Shown here: piece by piece, positions 11,604-24,280 of the stretch
Numbering within the stretch: position 1 is the stretch's first letter
Layout: each line of letters starts with the position of its first letter
Source: Malacoraja senta
Taxonomy: Eukaryota
DNA: 64,000 nucleotides
Assembly (NCBI GenBank): GCA_038087875.1
Contig: CM075977.1
Coordinates: 40,920,001 to 40,984,000, forward strand
Direction of reading: 5' to 3'
The notes under the pieces: generated by a model
The model's input: only the letters and a program-made list of their open reading frames with translations
Database searches by the model: none
Told to the model about the DNA's origin: nothing
Program-made: the position numbers and the translations under genes

Positions 11604-12105
11604 ATCCTGATCATAGAGATTCGGGAGTAGGTTTTGTACATGTAAGATAATCCATGTTAAGTGAACTCCTTCTCCATGGCAATTTTTCTCATGTATTTAA
11701 ATTCAACGGCAGTAATCTTGCCACAGGGGCAGTAAATCATAAACACTAATGCAGAGATTTGACCATACAATCAGGGTTGACACTGATGCTGTTTAAGGAG
11801 TGTTACAACAGTGATGTGGTTTTAGATGACATTGGACCAAGATTCCTTCTACCTTAGGTACATTGAAATGATTCCATGTTAGGATACAAGCTTGAGGAAC
11901 TCTCCCATTTTATCAACCAATATCACTTAAAGCTTACTCTACATATTGCTTGTGGCATTTTATGCGTGGAAATTGGCTGCCATATTTCCCAAGTACTTTA
12001 ATTTGAAAAAATATTTAATGTAGTTACATAAACACATTTAGAAATCCAAAGCATTTTTCAGTCAAATGTGTTTAACTAATTTATTGATAAAATATAGATA
12101 GCTAC

Positions 12106-12175
12106 CTGGAAATAGTGATAGTACAGTCATCAGGGTTCCAACTAGACGGTTCACTGGTGATAAATAAAATAGAAC
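12106..12175 (-). CDS. AVL9: AVL9 coding exon (~exon 9): VLFYLSPVNRLVGTLMTVLSLFP
   Basis: Translation match. AG at 12176-12177, GT at 12104-12105, 70 bp. Confidence 0.95.
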
Positions 12176-12741
12176 CTGCAAAGTAAGTTGCTGTTTTACT
12201 ATCACACTCAAAAACAGATAATAAATATTATTAAAAAACATACAATTACTAAAGGTTTCTAGCAATGTCATAAATTGAAAACCATTGACTCCCATCTCAG
12301 CAAATTTCAGGTGGAGTAAATGTTAAGGTAAAATGGTCTACTTGTAATCTTAAACCAAACTACAATCTAAAAGCAACAAAATTGCAGTTGGTGGAAGTCT
12401 GAAGTAATACTAAGAATGGAGCTAGGACCTCTGGCTCAGAATAGAGATATTGTCTTTATCATATTCATCACTTCCCCACCCTTTTGGCTACTTAAAACTA
12501 GTCTGTTTGTCACATTCCCACAGTCTGTTGAATGGCCTACAACCCGAAGTGTTAACTCTATCCAGATTCTATTTCGCTATTCACATATGCTGATTCCTGT
12601 ATTTCCTGTTTTATTTCTGATTTCCAGTGACTGCAGTCTTCTGATTTTCAAACATGTTAACACTCTTAGTTGTACAAATGTTCTGAATGCAAGAGAAAAT
12701 TTGATGAGGATTAACTACTTACACTTGCCAAGATTACTTAC

Positions 12742-12780
12742 TTTTTTCTCTAAAAGAATCAATTTGAAGAGAATTATTGT
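12742..12780 (-). CDS. AVL9: AVL9 coding exon (~exon 8): TIILFKLILLEKK
   Basis: 39 bp, polypyrimidine-CAG acceptor, GTAAGT donor; fills the expected gap in the protein. Confidence 0.9.
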
Positions 12781-13039
12781 CTGCAAAAAAAGCCTAAAAT
12801 TAGCATTTGTATGAGCAATTGTATGATTGAGGACAAAAATTACATTTATATAGTACATTTACTACTGTAAAACATTCCAACACCCTTCCTGGAAATGTAA
12901 TTTGAAAAAGACCGCCATTTTAAGGAGACATGATCATAAACCAGATCGGTTTTCAGAGCATTGTAAAGAAAGGAGAATTGCTTTGCAAGAGGTGAAGTTT
13001 GAGAACAGCTTTCACAAAAAGCAACAAAAAGATAAGCAG

Positions 13040-13300
13040 CGTCCAGACGAGAGGGCCTGTACACCTGGCCCCCGCAGCGGCGACTGCGGAGGTTTATGGC
13101 CCCGACCACGGGAACAATGGAGGAGGACTGACTGTACTTTGTGCCTTCCACCAGTGAAGAATGCTGTGGTGGATGTTTGTGTTAAATTTTGATTGTGTAT
13201 TGTGTGTTCTTTTTTGATTGTACTGCTGTTGGCAAAATTCATTTCACTGCACTTTATTGTGTATGCAATGAATACATCTGATTGATTGATTGATTGATTG
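13040..13300 (+). mobile_element. Truncated non-autonomous retroposon with Rex1-like 3' tail and (TTGA)n
   Basis: TTCATTTCACTGCAC..GTGTATG resembles the Rex1 3' end at 26420-26470. GCCTTCCA..GTGGTGGATGTT is shared with the 5102/53590 family. Confidence 0.6.
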
Positions 13301-13517
13301 AGAAGAGGTTGTGGAGCCGAGGCCAGCATAGACGTCATGATCATGAGGCTTGAAGTGCCAAGTGGCCTACTCCTGCTCCTATTTTCGCCCATTTATTGTG
13401 ATTAAAGGTTAAGTACCATTAGATACTTGTCTTCATGTTTATATACTTAAATAAGAAAATTACTAAAGAAAAACACCAAAGTCACATGGAGGGGTGAGAA
13501 TCCTTGGATATGCTTGA

Positions 13518-14268
13518 GGGGCCCGTCCCACTTAGGCGACTTTTCAGTGGACTGCCTGCGACCTTCAAGCTCGCGGCACTCGCCTGAAAAACCGCGAACT
13601 GAACGGCGACCGTCAGAGCGGAACACACACACACACACACACATCGCAAAGGCGGGGGCCAGGGAAGCGGGGGAGCGCTGTCTGAAATTCACACGGAACA
13701 AAGCCAAGGTGATACAGACCACACAGGAAGGTTAAAGATGGCTAGCACAGTCCATGGTATGTCGTTTAAAAGAGCTGGGGGGGGGGGGGGGGGAGTAGGA
13801 GTGGAGACACTTTTAAGAAGCCAGAAAACTTTTAATAAGCCATAGATACACAGCTGTGAAGTTTAGGGGGCATTTAACACTACTGGTTGGTTTTCCTTGG
13901 TTCTGAAAACTCGTGCTTACGTTTTTTTTCCCCAATGAGCCAATGAAAACTACCGAAAACTAACTAAAACTACCTACGGCTACCTCGACTACCTACAATG
14001 ACATGGCGACCCCATTACCACTGCACCTACAACTACAAAACTATAGATTTTCTCCATGGCGACCAATTTTTGCTCGCAGAAAATGTTTCAACATGTTGAA
14101 AAATTTGCTGCGACCATACTGACGCTGCGACTAATTCCCAGACTGCGGGAACTCCTCTCGACCATGAAGGAGACTCACCAGAGACCACCAGCGAACATGT
14201 GGCGACCATGTGGCGAGCGCAGAGTCTCCTGCACTCGCCTAAAAAGTCGCCTAAGTGGGACAGGCCCT
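13518..14268. mobile_element. MITE, probably PIF/Harbinger-like
   Basis: TIRs GGGGCCCGTCCCACTTAGGCGACTTTT / AAAAGTCGCCTAAGTGGGACAGGCCCT; TGA/TAA flanks. Confidence 0.8.
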
Positions 14269-14270
14269 TA

Positions 14271-15980
14271 AGGGTGATTCTTCAGTAAGTGTCTACTTTT
14301 AATTTTCTGGAAACCTGAAAATAAAACTTAAATATTTGCAACTTTGAATGTTGTTTCACATAGATGAACATCTCTACTATGGGAAAAAATATGTTTGCCG
14401 CAATTTTTTAGAGAATTTAATTTATTTTTTCCTCTTCTTTTTCCAGGTTGCCCATTGCATTTAGTCATATCAGTCATATTTTTATGATGAACACTGCAAA
14501 ATAACTGATTTAAGAATATTAAATCAAATTTTTGTCACAGTCATTCAAATTAGAGTATCTTCCTCAAATAAAACACACAAAAAAACTTTATCAGTCAAAC
14601 GCATTGATTTTAAACCTTCGTAACAGCTTACTGCTGAAAAAAGTCGTGATTTGCAGCAAGAATGGTAACCTTCACATAACCTTTCATCAACTTCCTCTAA
14701 AACAATATTAACCAGATGAGTAGGCAGAAGCATACTGTTCATTTATCAACTACAATTGATAATTATGGTAATTGTTGTATTATTTTACACATTATGAGCA
14801 TAAAATACTCGTGTGACAGATATGACTCAGCATGGTGGAAATGATCAAGCTTGGGAGCGCCACGTGATGGATGACTAAAACTATCTTTAGGGCTAGTGTT
14901 CGGGCTAGGGCTGGGGCTAGGGCTAGGATTAGGGTTAGGACTCGGGTTAGGGCTGGGGCTAGGGTCACTTACCCCCAATCTCCAGCAACTCCAGCTCCAT
15001 CTCCAGCCGGGCGCAAAGTCATCGCAGCCGTCGCATCTTCCCGTGACCTGATGTCCCTCTCCATGCCCGGCCCTCTGCAGCCCTTGTTCCCCGGTGGGGG
15101 GGAGAACAAGGGCTGAAGGGGGCCGGGCGTGGAGAGGGACATCGGGTCACGGGAAGAAGCGACGGCTTTGTGTCCGGCTGGAGATGGATGGAGATCGGGG
15201 GTTAAGTTGCAGATGTGGCCGTAACGGGAATGGTAGCCCAAGCCTTTAGCCCAGGATGGCCTCGCCGGAAGGCCATACCTGGCCATATCGTTTGGACGAA
15301 TGGCACATGGCACGATTTGTTCTCCAGAACAAATCCAAAAAGAACAATTAAAAAAAAAATTCTAAGAGTTCAGCACCGTTCGGGAATGGCGCTGAATAAA
15401 GGTACGTCTGATATGCAGCAGAAAACGGTGTTTTCACACGCTTCTTATCCCGCGAATCAGGAGAAATTCACAAGGTAGCGGCATTTTGAATTCTGCAGTC
15501 TTTTGAAGTCGGAGTTCGCGTCTTTTCTATTCATAGCCATGTGGGATTGCTGAACAAAGGTGCGTGACGGTAAATGACTCCAATCATTGGGACAAGGAAT
15601 TTTTGATAAAACGGTAAGATTTATAATTTTATCGAGAATAGAGGAATTTTTTTAAGGGTGATAAATATTTTAATTATTAATATCTACCGTTTAAAAATAT
15701 TTTCATTTCAGATAGATCCCCCACTAAATAAATATGCCGACTTGAAATTTCACTAGTAACCATCGGGAAATGCGTTTTTCGCGGCGGAGGGGGTCATCGA
15801 ACATCGGGAATTAAAAAAAAAACTAACACTTTATTCATTTAGGGTTTAATCTTTAATTATGAGGATTATGTTTATTAGCTTTATAGAAAAAGAAGAAATG
15901 GGATAGACTTATGGATTTTCCTGATATACAGCATCAAAGTAGCGGGACACCAAAGTAGACACTTACTGAAGAATCACCCT
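14271..15980. mobile_element. 1.7-kb non-autonomous DNA transposon with perfect 29-bp TIRs
   Basis: AGGGTGATTCTTCAGTAAGTGTCTACTTT at 14271-14299 and its exact reverse complement at 15952-15980. No transposase ORF. Confidence 0.85.
14887..14964 (+). repeat. Degenerate telomere-like hexamer array (TTAGGG/CTAGGG/CTGGGG)
   Basis: About 13 units of 6 bp, read directly. Confidence 0.85.
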
Positions 15981-16474
15981 TGAATTCAAGGTTTCAAGGT
16001 CAGTTTATTGTCACATGTACCAGTTAAGGTACAGTGAAATTTGTGTTATCATACAGCCATACTAAGTGAAAAGCAACAAGACACACAACCACATACAAGT
16101 TAACAAAAACATCCATCACAGTGGATTAAAGAAAGGACCAACAAATGACATGATTTTACAAAGGCTTTTCACAAAATTATACATGACCAACTGTCCAGAA
16201 CAGTACGAGACTATACCAAGAGTTTTGGAAAAAATATCAAGCTACAAATTTTCTTCTGACACCAATCTCTAGACTAATTCTGACTAATATTAAATAATGG
16301 AATACTGAAATAGTTTCTGCTATTATAAGCCTGACAACAAATGCACAGGTTCCTACGGAAATCAATAATAAATTATGACTCATCACTATTGGTAAAATTA
16401 TTTAATTATAATGCATCTTTATTGCAACAAAAAAAACCATGGCATTTTATAAACCAAGCATAGAGAAAGACTTA

Positions 16475-16978
16475 AGAGTCTGTCCCACCGCGGCGACCTA
16501 ATCCGCGTGTTCTGGCGAGTTTGCCCTCGACTCATACTCGCAGCATGGTCGACACAAAGTCCTAGGAGGTCTTTGTAACTACCCTTCATGCTCTTGAGTA
16601 GTCCCCGTGTACTCGAGGCCTCAGCTAGGTCGCGGTGTATTTTTCAACATGTTGAAAAATTCCTGCGAATAAAAAAGGTCGCCATGGAAAAAATCAATAC
16701 TTTTTTTACTCGTAGGTTTAGTCGAAGTAGGTCGGCATGTTATTCGTAGGTAATCAAGGGGGTTGAAAGGAGGTCGAAGGAGATCGAAGGAGGTCGTCTT
16801 CACTCTCCACTATTCGGTGTCCAATTTTCCCGAAGCTAGTCGAAGCTAGTCAAAGCTAGTCTTCAACATAGTCGAAGGAGGTCTTCTACATAGTCAAAGG
16901 AGGTCTTCAACATGACATTTAACTCTCATCAAACTCTCCTAAACTCACCAATTAGATCGCTGCAGTGGGACAGCCCCT
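16475..16978. mobile_element. MITE, same TIR family as 13518-14268
   Basis: AGAGTCTGTCCCACCGCGGCGACCTAAT / ATTAGATCGCTGCAGTGGGACAGCCCCT; TTA/TAA flanks. Confidence 0.78.
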
Positions 16979-17390
16979 TAAGTTAGAGATGATCAGAGAT
17001 AGGGCAGGAATATAGGCTTTGAGGAAGTTTTGGAGAAGAGCAGAAGCTAGCAAACGGCATTGTGCAGAAATTCTGGAGCCAGGCATCCGATTATTAAACT
17101 CAGACTCAAAGTAACACAGAGGTCATGGAAACTTGGAACAGAGAAGTGAAGGGTAATGGTGAGACACGGAATTAGGGAAAAAGCATGCTGACAAGAAAAA
17201 AAATCTATTATTCAATTTAAATATTAGTATGAATATTTTTAAATTAAATTGATAATCTGAAGTTGTGTTTGAAATGCTGACTGTGCACAGAAGAAATTGA
17301 GAGGCTATCTAAATCAGCTGGCTAATATTAAACTCGCATTATTTTATATCAAGGCCCAACAAATATCCAAAACCAATTTGGTTAATATAC

Positions 17391-17431
17391 CTTATGTCTG
17401 AAATGGAGAACCAGGTCACGAGGCGACAGAC
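17391..17431 (-). CDS. AVL9: AVL9 coding exon (~exon 7): (S)LSPRDLVLHFRHK
   Basis: 41 bp, AG at 17432-17433, GT at 17389-17390, exact motif match. Confidence 0.94.
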
Positions 17432-19149
17432 CTAAAAAGAGAGCCAATTTATATTAAATTGTAATGTCAATAAATAATCCTAACTGAAAAATAATATCAT
17501 TACAATAAACAATAATTAGATCACCTATTCTTTCCATTAGACATGTTAAGGAACCAGAGAATGAATCATCTAAGAAACAGTAATATGTATAATTAAGCCT
17601 ATGCCCATTCTTTCAAATAACAATGAAATTAATCCCACTCTCCAGTCCTTCCCATTGTCCCACCAACTCCAACCCCTTCATTTTCCAAGTTTTATTGAAT
17701 ATGGTTTCAGCGCTCGCTCAGCAGTACATCCCAAATCATAACTCGCCGTCAAAACAAAATTCTTGGCTTCCCTCCATCACTGCCAGCCAAATTAGCTCCT
17801 CATCTGTCATTCAGAAAGTGTTAAAAATGTATTGAAGGCATTACTACAACACACTTAAAAAAATTCAAAGCAATTAGGAAAAGTCGACATGGTTTTAGAA
17901 AAGGGAAATCATGCTTGACCTGGTTTATTCTTCATTTTGATGGAAAAATTCAAAATGGCAAACAAATAGAGAATTAAGGGATCTTAGATGTAGAGGTATC
18001 TAGGTTTCCTGGAGTATGATTTACAAATAGTAATTATGTAGGTAAAGCAAATAATTATGAAAGTTATCGTTGAGGAATTGAATACAATAAGAGGGAAATT
18101 GTGAGTCAGTTAAATGGAACATTGGTGAAACCACATATGGAGTACTGTGTACAGTACCCGTCTTATTTCAGAAATAACATAAATGCATTTAACAGACCAC
18201 ATAGTACACCATAGGAGCATGCTCTTCAGGTCAATTTCTCTGAAGACTATGATGCCAATTTAAACTAATTCTGTCTGCACATTGTTTATCCCTCCATTCT
18301 TTGCCTGCTCATGTGCCTGTATTAATGCTACTCAAGCGTTGCTATCATATCTGATGCTACCTTCTCTCTTGGCAGCACATTCCAGGTACCTGTGAGAAAC
18401 ACTATCCTTGATCATATTGCCAGAGTGACCAATGCAATGTCATCGTAAAGATCAAGTTTCATCTGCATTTGGAGGAAGAGACAGTCCTGAAGAAAATTTA
18501 ACCTCCCCATTGAGGTGGGGGTTGGGTGGGGGCGAGGGAACTAGGGGGCCCTCTCTCAGCACACAGAAGGCCTGGCACCACCTTGTCCAGCGCAGCTGGG
18601 GAACGATAATAACCGCTGCCACTGATTCCTGCATTCAGAGATTATGGAAAAAAATGGGAGATCTAGGGATTTGGAGTGGCGGCGTGGTGGAGTGAGGAAA
18701 CCATGTCTCGCTCTCAGTGAGACTCCCACAACCAACTGTTCGCCCGAGTTCAGGGTGAAAGAACAACAACCAAGTTATTTTTAATAGCTAAAATTATATT
18801 TTTGTAACTGCAAGCTAAAAATACTAAGGCTGTTTGTGACATTGTTTAAGAGTTTTATTGCACGTGTTGATCAAAGCAATTGCGTGTCAATTTCAATGGC
18901 CTCCCACGTGTTATGTATTGCCAGGAACAATAACCACAATGGAGCTAATAGTAGTTTAATAGTTAACTTTGAACTTTAAACATAATTGTGATTTACAAAA
19001 GATGGCTGCAGCCTTTAAGACTGGGTCCCGCGCAAGTCCTGAGTCACCATCCACCGATTGTATGGTGTTTCCAATCTACCTTGCATGTGCGACGCTTCTG
19101 GCCGGCAAGGTAGACAACACATTGCAACTAGCAGCCTATGTTCTTCCAA

Positions 19150-19607
19150 GGATGTTGCAGGACTAGAAGGTCTGAGTTCTTGGGAGCGGTTGAGTAGGTT
19201 GGGACTTTATTCCTTGGAGCGCAGGAGGATGAGGGGTGATCTTATAGAGGTGTATAAAATCATGAAACGCATAGATCGGGTAGATGCACAGAGTCTCTTG
19301 CCCAGAGTAGGGGAATCGAGGACCAGAGGACATAGGTTTAAGGCGGAGAAGAAAAGATTTAATAGGAATCCGAGGGGTAACTTTTTCACACAAAGGGTAT
19401 TGGGTGTATGGAACAAGCTGCCATAGGAGGTAATAGAGGCTGAGACTGTTCCATCATTTAAGAAACAGTTAGACAAGTACATGGATAGGACAGGTTTGGA
19501 GGGTTTTGGACCAAACAAGGGGAGGTGTAGCTGGGACATGTTGGACGGTGTAGGCAAGTTGGGCCGAAGGGCCTGTTTTCACGCTGTATCACTCTTTGAC
19601 TCTATGA
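19150..19607 (+). mobile_element. CR1/HER1-like LINE 3' fragment
   Basis: ORF 19058-19426: LGLYSLERRRMRGDLIEVYKIM..FFTQRVLGVWNKLP; (ACTCTATG)-type tail. Confidence 0.88.
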
Positions 19608-20140
19608 CAGTAGTGTCTGATTATTGTGGGATCGCTCCGCTACAACTGAAATCCATTATAAAGAGGTGGGTAATAACAAAGGTAGACTGTACACAGGCAG
19701 CTAATTTCAGCATAGGCCATTAACAGTTGACAAGCAATCACTTCATTGACACATGCAACAATACTCCATTAAAACACCCTTCATTTTTGAAAACCGGACA
19801 GGAAAAATAACGTTGTCAATGCAAACGTTCCTGGTTCCCAATCTCCTTTATCCCAATGACATTTTTAAAATAATATAAGAGGTGTTTGGAATGGAACTCT
19901 CATGTTATAGCAGATCAAAGTGTATATTTGAATGATTTGGAAGGCAAGATCAGAAAGTTAGTGGATGACATGAAGATTGGGCAGAGTTGTTGAACAGTGA
20001 ATGCAGACTTAACTAACTGCAACATAAAATCGGAATCATCAACATTCCTGTGACAATTTAGAGCGAACCTGTTTTTCCTCCCTTTGTGTGTGTTTTGGGG
20101 GTAACCAAAAAAATGTGTGATGTGATCGATGTTTACTTAC

Positions 20141-20207
20141 TTAAATAAGCCTGGGATCCCTCTAAGGCATTTCCTCCTAAAGAGCTGTTCATGTGTTCAT
20201 AAAGTTC
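20141..20207 (-). CDS. AVL9: AVL9 coding exon (~exon 6): ELYEHMNSSLGGNALEGSQAYL
   Basis: 67 bp, AG at 20208-20209, GTAAGT donor. Confidence 0.95.
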
Positions 20208-20395
20208 CTAGTATAATCATTTAAAAAAAATCATGTTAAAAGCATTCAAACTCTGAAAAGGACAAATATTATATCCATCTTTTATTTGCCTTGTACAAGC
20301 ATTACACATGTACAAAAAAGTCAACCCACTCAAGCACAATGTAAGAAGATTCATCATTTAAGTTGCTAACACAGATCTTAAGTGCAGAAGTCTAA

Positions 20396-20933
20396 AGGGC
20401 CAGTCCCACAGGCGATTTTTTAGGTGACTAGGCTGTCGCCACTTGGTTGCCGGGGTGTCGCCTGTGTGGTCGTGAGTAGTCTCCTCAGTCGCCCAAAGAG
20501 TCATATCGTTTTTCTGGTCGCCTCTGGATTTTGAAATGTTCTAAATTTTTCGGCAACAGTTGGTGACAGTGGGCTTGACGCCAATGAGCGTAGCTTGTCT
20601 TCTCCTGACGTAGGTTGTCGCCAGGATGACGTAGGTTGTCGTCAGGTCGCTGGTGCTGACTTTGGTGAATTCCATCTACGTCAACCGGCGACAGGTACCG
20701 GCGACTGAATTGTCTTAAGTTGTCTTCAGTTGTCATAGCTGACGTAGGTTGTCATAGGTGTGGTCGTAGGTGGACTTCCTAATGGGTCGCCGATTGTCGG
20801 TAGCTTGCCGTAGCTTGACATCGACTCGGTGGTAGGTTGTTGCAGCTTGTCGTAGACATTGTCGCCGGTTTTTCAGCGACTGGCTACGACTATGACAGTC
20901 GCCGAAAAAAATCGCCTTAATGGGACAGACCCA
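20396..20933. mobile_element. MITE, same TIR family as 13518-14268
   Basis: AGGGCCAGTCCCACAGGCGATTTTTT / AAAAAATCGCCTTAATGGGACAGACCCA; TAA on both sides. Confidence 0.78.
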
Positions 20934-21004
20934 TAACTCCTAAAATGTTCATCTTTAAAAACCTAGTGTAAAGTCAGATTTAAAATTGTAATGATCCCAA
21001 TGTA

Positions 21005-21146
21005 CAGTGCTCTCCATAATATTTTGGACAAAGACCCATCATTTATTTATTTGCCTCTTTACTCCACATTTTGAGATTTGTAATAGAAAAAAAATCACAT
21101 GTGGTTAAAGTGCATTGTCAGATTTTATTAAAGGCCATTTTTAAAC
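21005..21146. mobile_element. Tc1/mariner terminal fragment
   Basis: Begins TA|CAGTGC..CATAAT, a typical Tc1 TIR start. No partner end seen. Confidence 0.55.
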
Positions 21147-21811
21147 AAACAAAATACGGGAGTAACTCAGCAGGTCAGGCAACATCACCAGAGAACATTT
21201 CAGGTCAAAATGTTCGAAATAGAGGCGAGGTTTTGAGTCGGGACGCTTTTTCAGACTGCCTTCGCCAGCATGTAAACCAGCATCTGCAGTTCCTTCTGTC
21301 TACATTATAAATTCAAGTATCAATGGAATTGGCTTTTGATATTTCCAAACTTCTGCTCTCACAGAATTCTCAAAGAATGTTGAACAAAAAAACTAAGCGA
21401 TGGAGAAACTCTGTGGAGGGAAATGGACAGACGACATTTCTTTTCGGGAATTTTCTTCAAACTGATCCCTGATAAGTCTGTGCCTTTACAAATGTGAGTA
21501 AATTATAAATTTAAGAATTTTCTCCAGTAAATTTCCTACCATAATGAAAATCTACTAGTTGTATTTTCTTGGTTTGTCCCTTTGCCCTTCCTGAACAAAT
21601 GGAGGACTGGATAATTTTCAGTCCTCGCCTTGATGATCCACACATCTATTGGCATGTAACAAAATGTACCTCACTCCAGAAGCACAACGTCTAACATACC
21701 ATATGAATGCAAGGATGCAGAAACATAGTGACAAAGAACGTGCAAATCATGTTTATTGCAGATTCCCATTTATAATATGTCAGCTGATAGCATGAATTTC
21801 TAATACATAGT

Positions 21812-23312
21812 CAAGATATAAGAAATAGGAGTAGAATGAGACCATTTAGCCCATCAAGTCTACTCTGCCATTCAATCATGGCTGATCTCTCTCTCCCTCC
21901 TAACTCCATTCTCCTGCCTTTTCCCCTTAACCTCTGACACCTGTAGTAATCAAGAATATGTCTATCTCTATAAAAAATATCCACTGACTTGGCCTCCACA
22001 TCCATCCGTGGCAAAGAATTCTACAGATTCACTACCATCTGACTAAATTTCTCCTCATCTTTATCCTAAAAGAACGTCCTTTAATTCTGAGGCTATAACC
22101 TCTAGACTTAGACTCTCCTACTAGTGGAAACATACTCTCTAAATCCACACTATTTAAGCCTTTCACTATTCTGTATATTTCAATGAGGTCCCCCCTCTTT
22201 CTTCTAAACTCCAGCGAATACAGGCCCAGTGCCGAAAAATGCACATCATAGGTTAACCTACCGATTCCTGGGATCATCCTCTGGACCCTCTCCAGATCGA
22301 ACACATCCTTCCTCAGATATGGTGCCCAAAAATGCTCACAATATTCCAATTACAACCTCACCAGCACATTACAGAGCCTCAACATTACATCCCTGTTTTT
22401 GTATACAAACCCTCTTCAAATAAATGCTAGCATTGCAGTTGCTTTCTTTACTACCGATTCGACTTGCAGATTAACTTTCTGGGAATCCTGCACTAGTACT
22501 ACCAAGTCCCTTTCCATCAAGGGGTCCCAGGGTGTAAATTTGTTTCTGGATTCTGGATTTGTACATATTTTTTCTCATTGACTGACTTATTTATGAACAA
22601 CTAATGATGAACAGATATCTGTTCATCATTAGTTGTTCATAAATAAGTGAAATAACATTTTTATGTGCTATTAAAGTTGCCTGGGGTAAACAGGACAAAA
22701 AAGGTTGGGAACCCCTGCTTTACACGTCCAATTTCTGGATTCTCACCTCATTTAGAAAATAGTCTACGCCTTTATTCCTACAACCAAAATGCATGACTCC
22801 ACACTTTGCTACACTATATTCCATCTGCCACTTCTCTGCCCACTCTCCCAACATGTCCAAATCCTTCTGCAGACTCCCTGCTTTCTCTACATTACCTGCC
22901 CCTCCACCTATTTTCATATCATCTGCAAGCTTTGCCACAAAGCCTTCAATCCCTTCGTCCAAATCATTAAAATATACAACATGAAGAGTAGTGGCCCCAG
23001 CACTGCCCCTTGCGGAACTCGTGGTTGGCTGCCACTAGTCACTGGCAGCCAACCAGAAAAAGCCCCATTTATTGCCACTCTTTGTCTTGTGCCATTCAGC
23101 CAACATGCTATCCATGCTAGTATCTGCCCTTTGATACAGTTGGCTCTCAAAGCAGCCTAACGTGCCTCCTTATCAAAGGCTTTCTGAAAATCTAAGTAAA
23201 CAACATCTACTGACACTCCTTTGTCTGTCCTGCTATTTACTTCTTCAAAGAATTTCAGCAAATTTGTCAAGCAAGACCTCCCCTTCACAAAGCCATGCTG
23301 ACTTTGACCTAT
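21812..23312 (-). mobile_element. Degenerate CR1 LINE (RT region to 3' end), interrupted by a hAT MITE
   Basis: VPQGAVLGPLLF, KLADDMKIGG, EYCEHFWAPYLRKD in broken minus-strand ORFs. Confidence 0.9.
22518..22717. mobile_element. 200-bp hAT (Charlie-like) MITE
   Basis: Termini CAAGGGGTCCCA / TGGGAACCCCTG. Degenerate 8-bp TSD CTTTCCAT (22510-22517) / CTTTACAC (22718-22725). The host CR1 resumes afterwards. Confidence 0.8.
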
Positions 23313-23692
23313 TTAAAAAAAATCATTAATAGCCTATCCGCCTATTTTAGGGATCTATCCCAGGATACTAACAGAGACAAGAGGGGAGATTGAAGGAGCA
23401 TTGGCAAAGATCTTTGCATCTTCTCAAGCTGGAGGCAAGGTCCCAGAGGACTGGAGAGTAGCCAGTGTTGTTCTTTTGTTTAAGATGGGAAGTAGAGATA
23501 ATGCAGGGTATTAGAAACTGGTGAGCCTCATGTCAGTGGTATGGAAGCAGTTGGAGAGGATTCTTCAGGATCAGATTTACTCCCGTTTGGAAGGCTAATT
23601 AGGGACAGGCAGCACGGCTTTGTCATGTTAACTTGATCATGTTTTTTGAGGTGATGAAGGCGATCATTGAGGGTAGGGTCGTGAATGCTATC

Positions 23693-24280
23693 TGTTAAAT
23701 TCCGGACGGCAGAATGAATAACAACTTATACACTGGTTGCCTGAATCACGAGAGAGAAATGTATTGTCTGTTCTGATTTCCTGTCTGTTCTGGTGTAGCA
23801 AATCACCTAAAACTTAGCTGTACAAAGGCCATACAGCTTGAGGAACTCGACAAAAAATACTTCAGTTTAAAATCTTATACCATCCCAAGGTGGGCATCTT
23901 GCCACGCAGACACAACATAGAGATAGCCTGACAAACATTCGCCGATTTGTGCAGCTGCTGTTTTAAACTACAGTCCCCTGCATAGAAGGATCTGCGGCCT
24001 ATCGTGTCCAGCTCGCAAACAAGTGCGACACAGCTCCGTATTTGCTTTTTTAAATGTTAAACAATACTGCATGTTGCCAAACAGTCCTGCACTGTATTTA
24101 AAGGATGAGTTCACAAACTCTATCCCGTCCTCCTCGCCAATTTTGTTATATTCCGGACGGCAGAATGACACTTACACACTGGTTGCCTGGATCACGAGAG
24201 AGATTTATTACCCAGCATTCCCTGCTTATATTGAACACCAACTCATTAACATACACATGAATATGTATGAATACATTACA
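23693..24280 (-). mobile_element. Miniature non-autonomous LTR retrotransposon (TRIM-like)
   Basis: TG...CA termini, 5-bp TSD CTATC (23688-23692, 24281-24285), direct repeats at 23693-23757 and 24144-24280. PBS-like TGGCGAGGAGGACGG on the minus strand at 24125-24139. Confidence 0.78.

Noticed and set aside
14887-14964. Chromosome-fusion telomere relic
   Set aside because: Short, single orientation, degenerate and enclosed by transposon TIRs.
18480-18770. GC-richer segment ending in (AAC)n, possible unknown SINE
   Set aside because: Single copy in the window, no TSD or promoter boxes identified.
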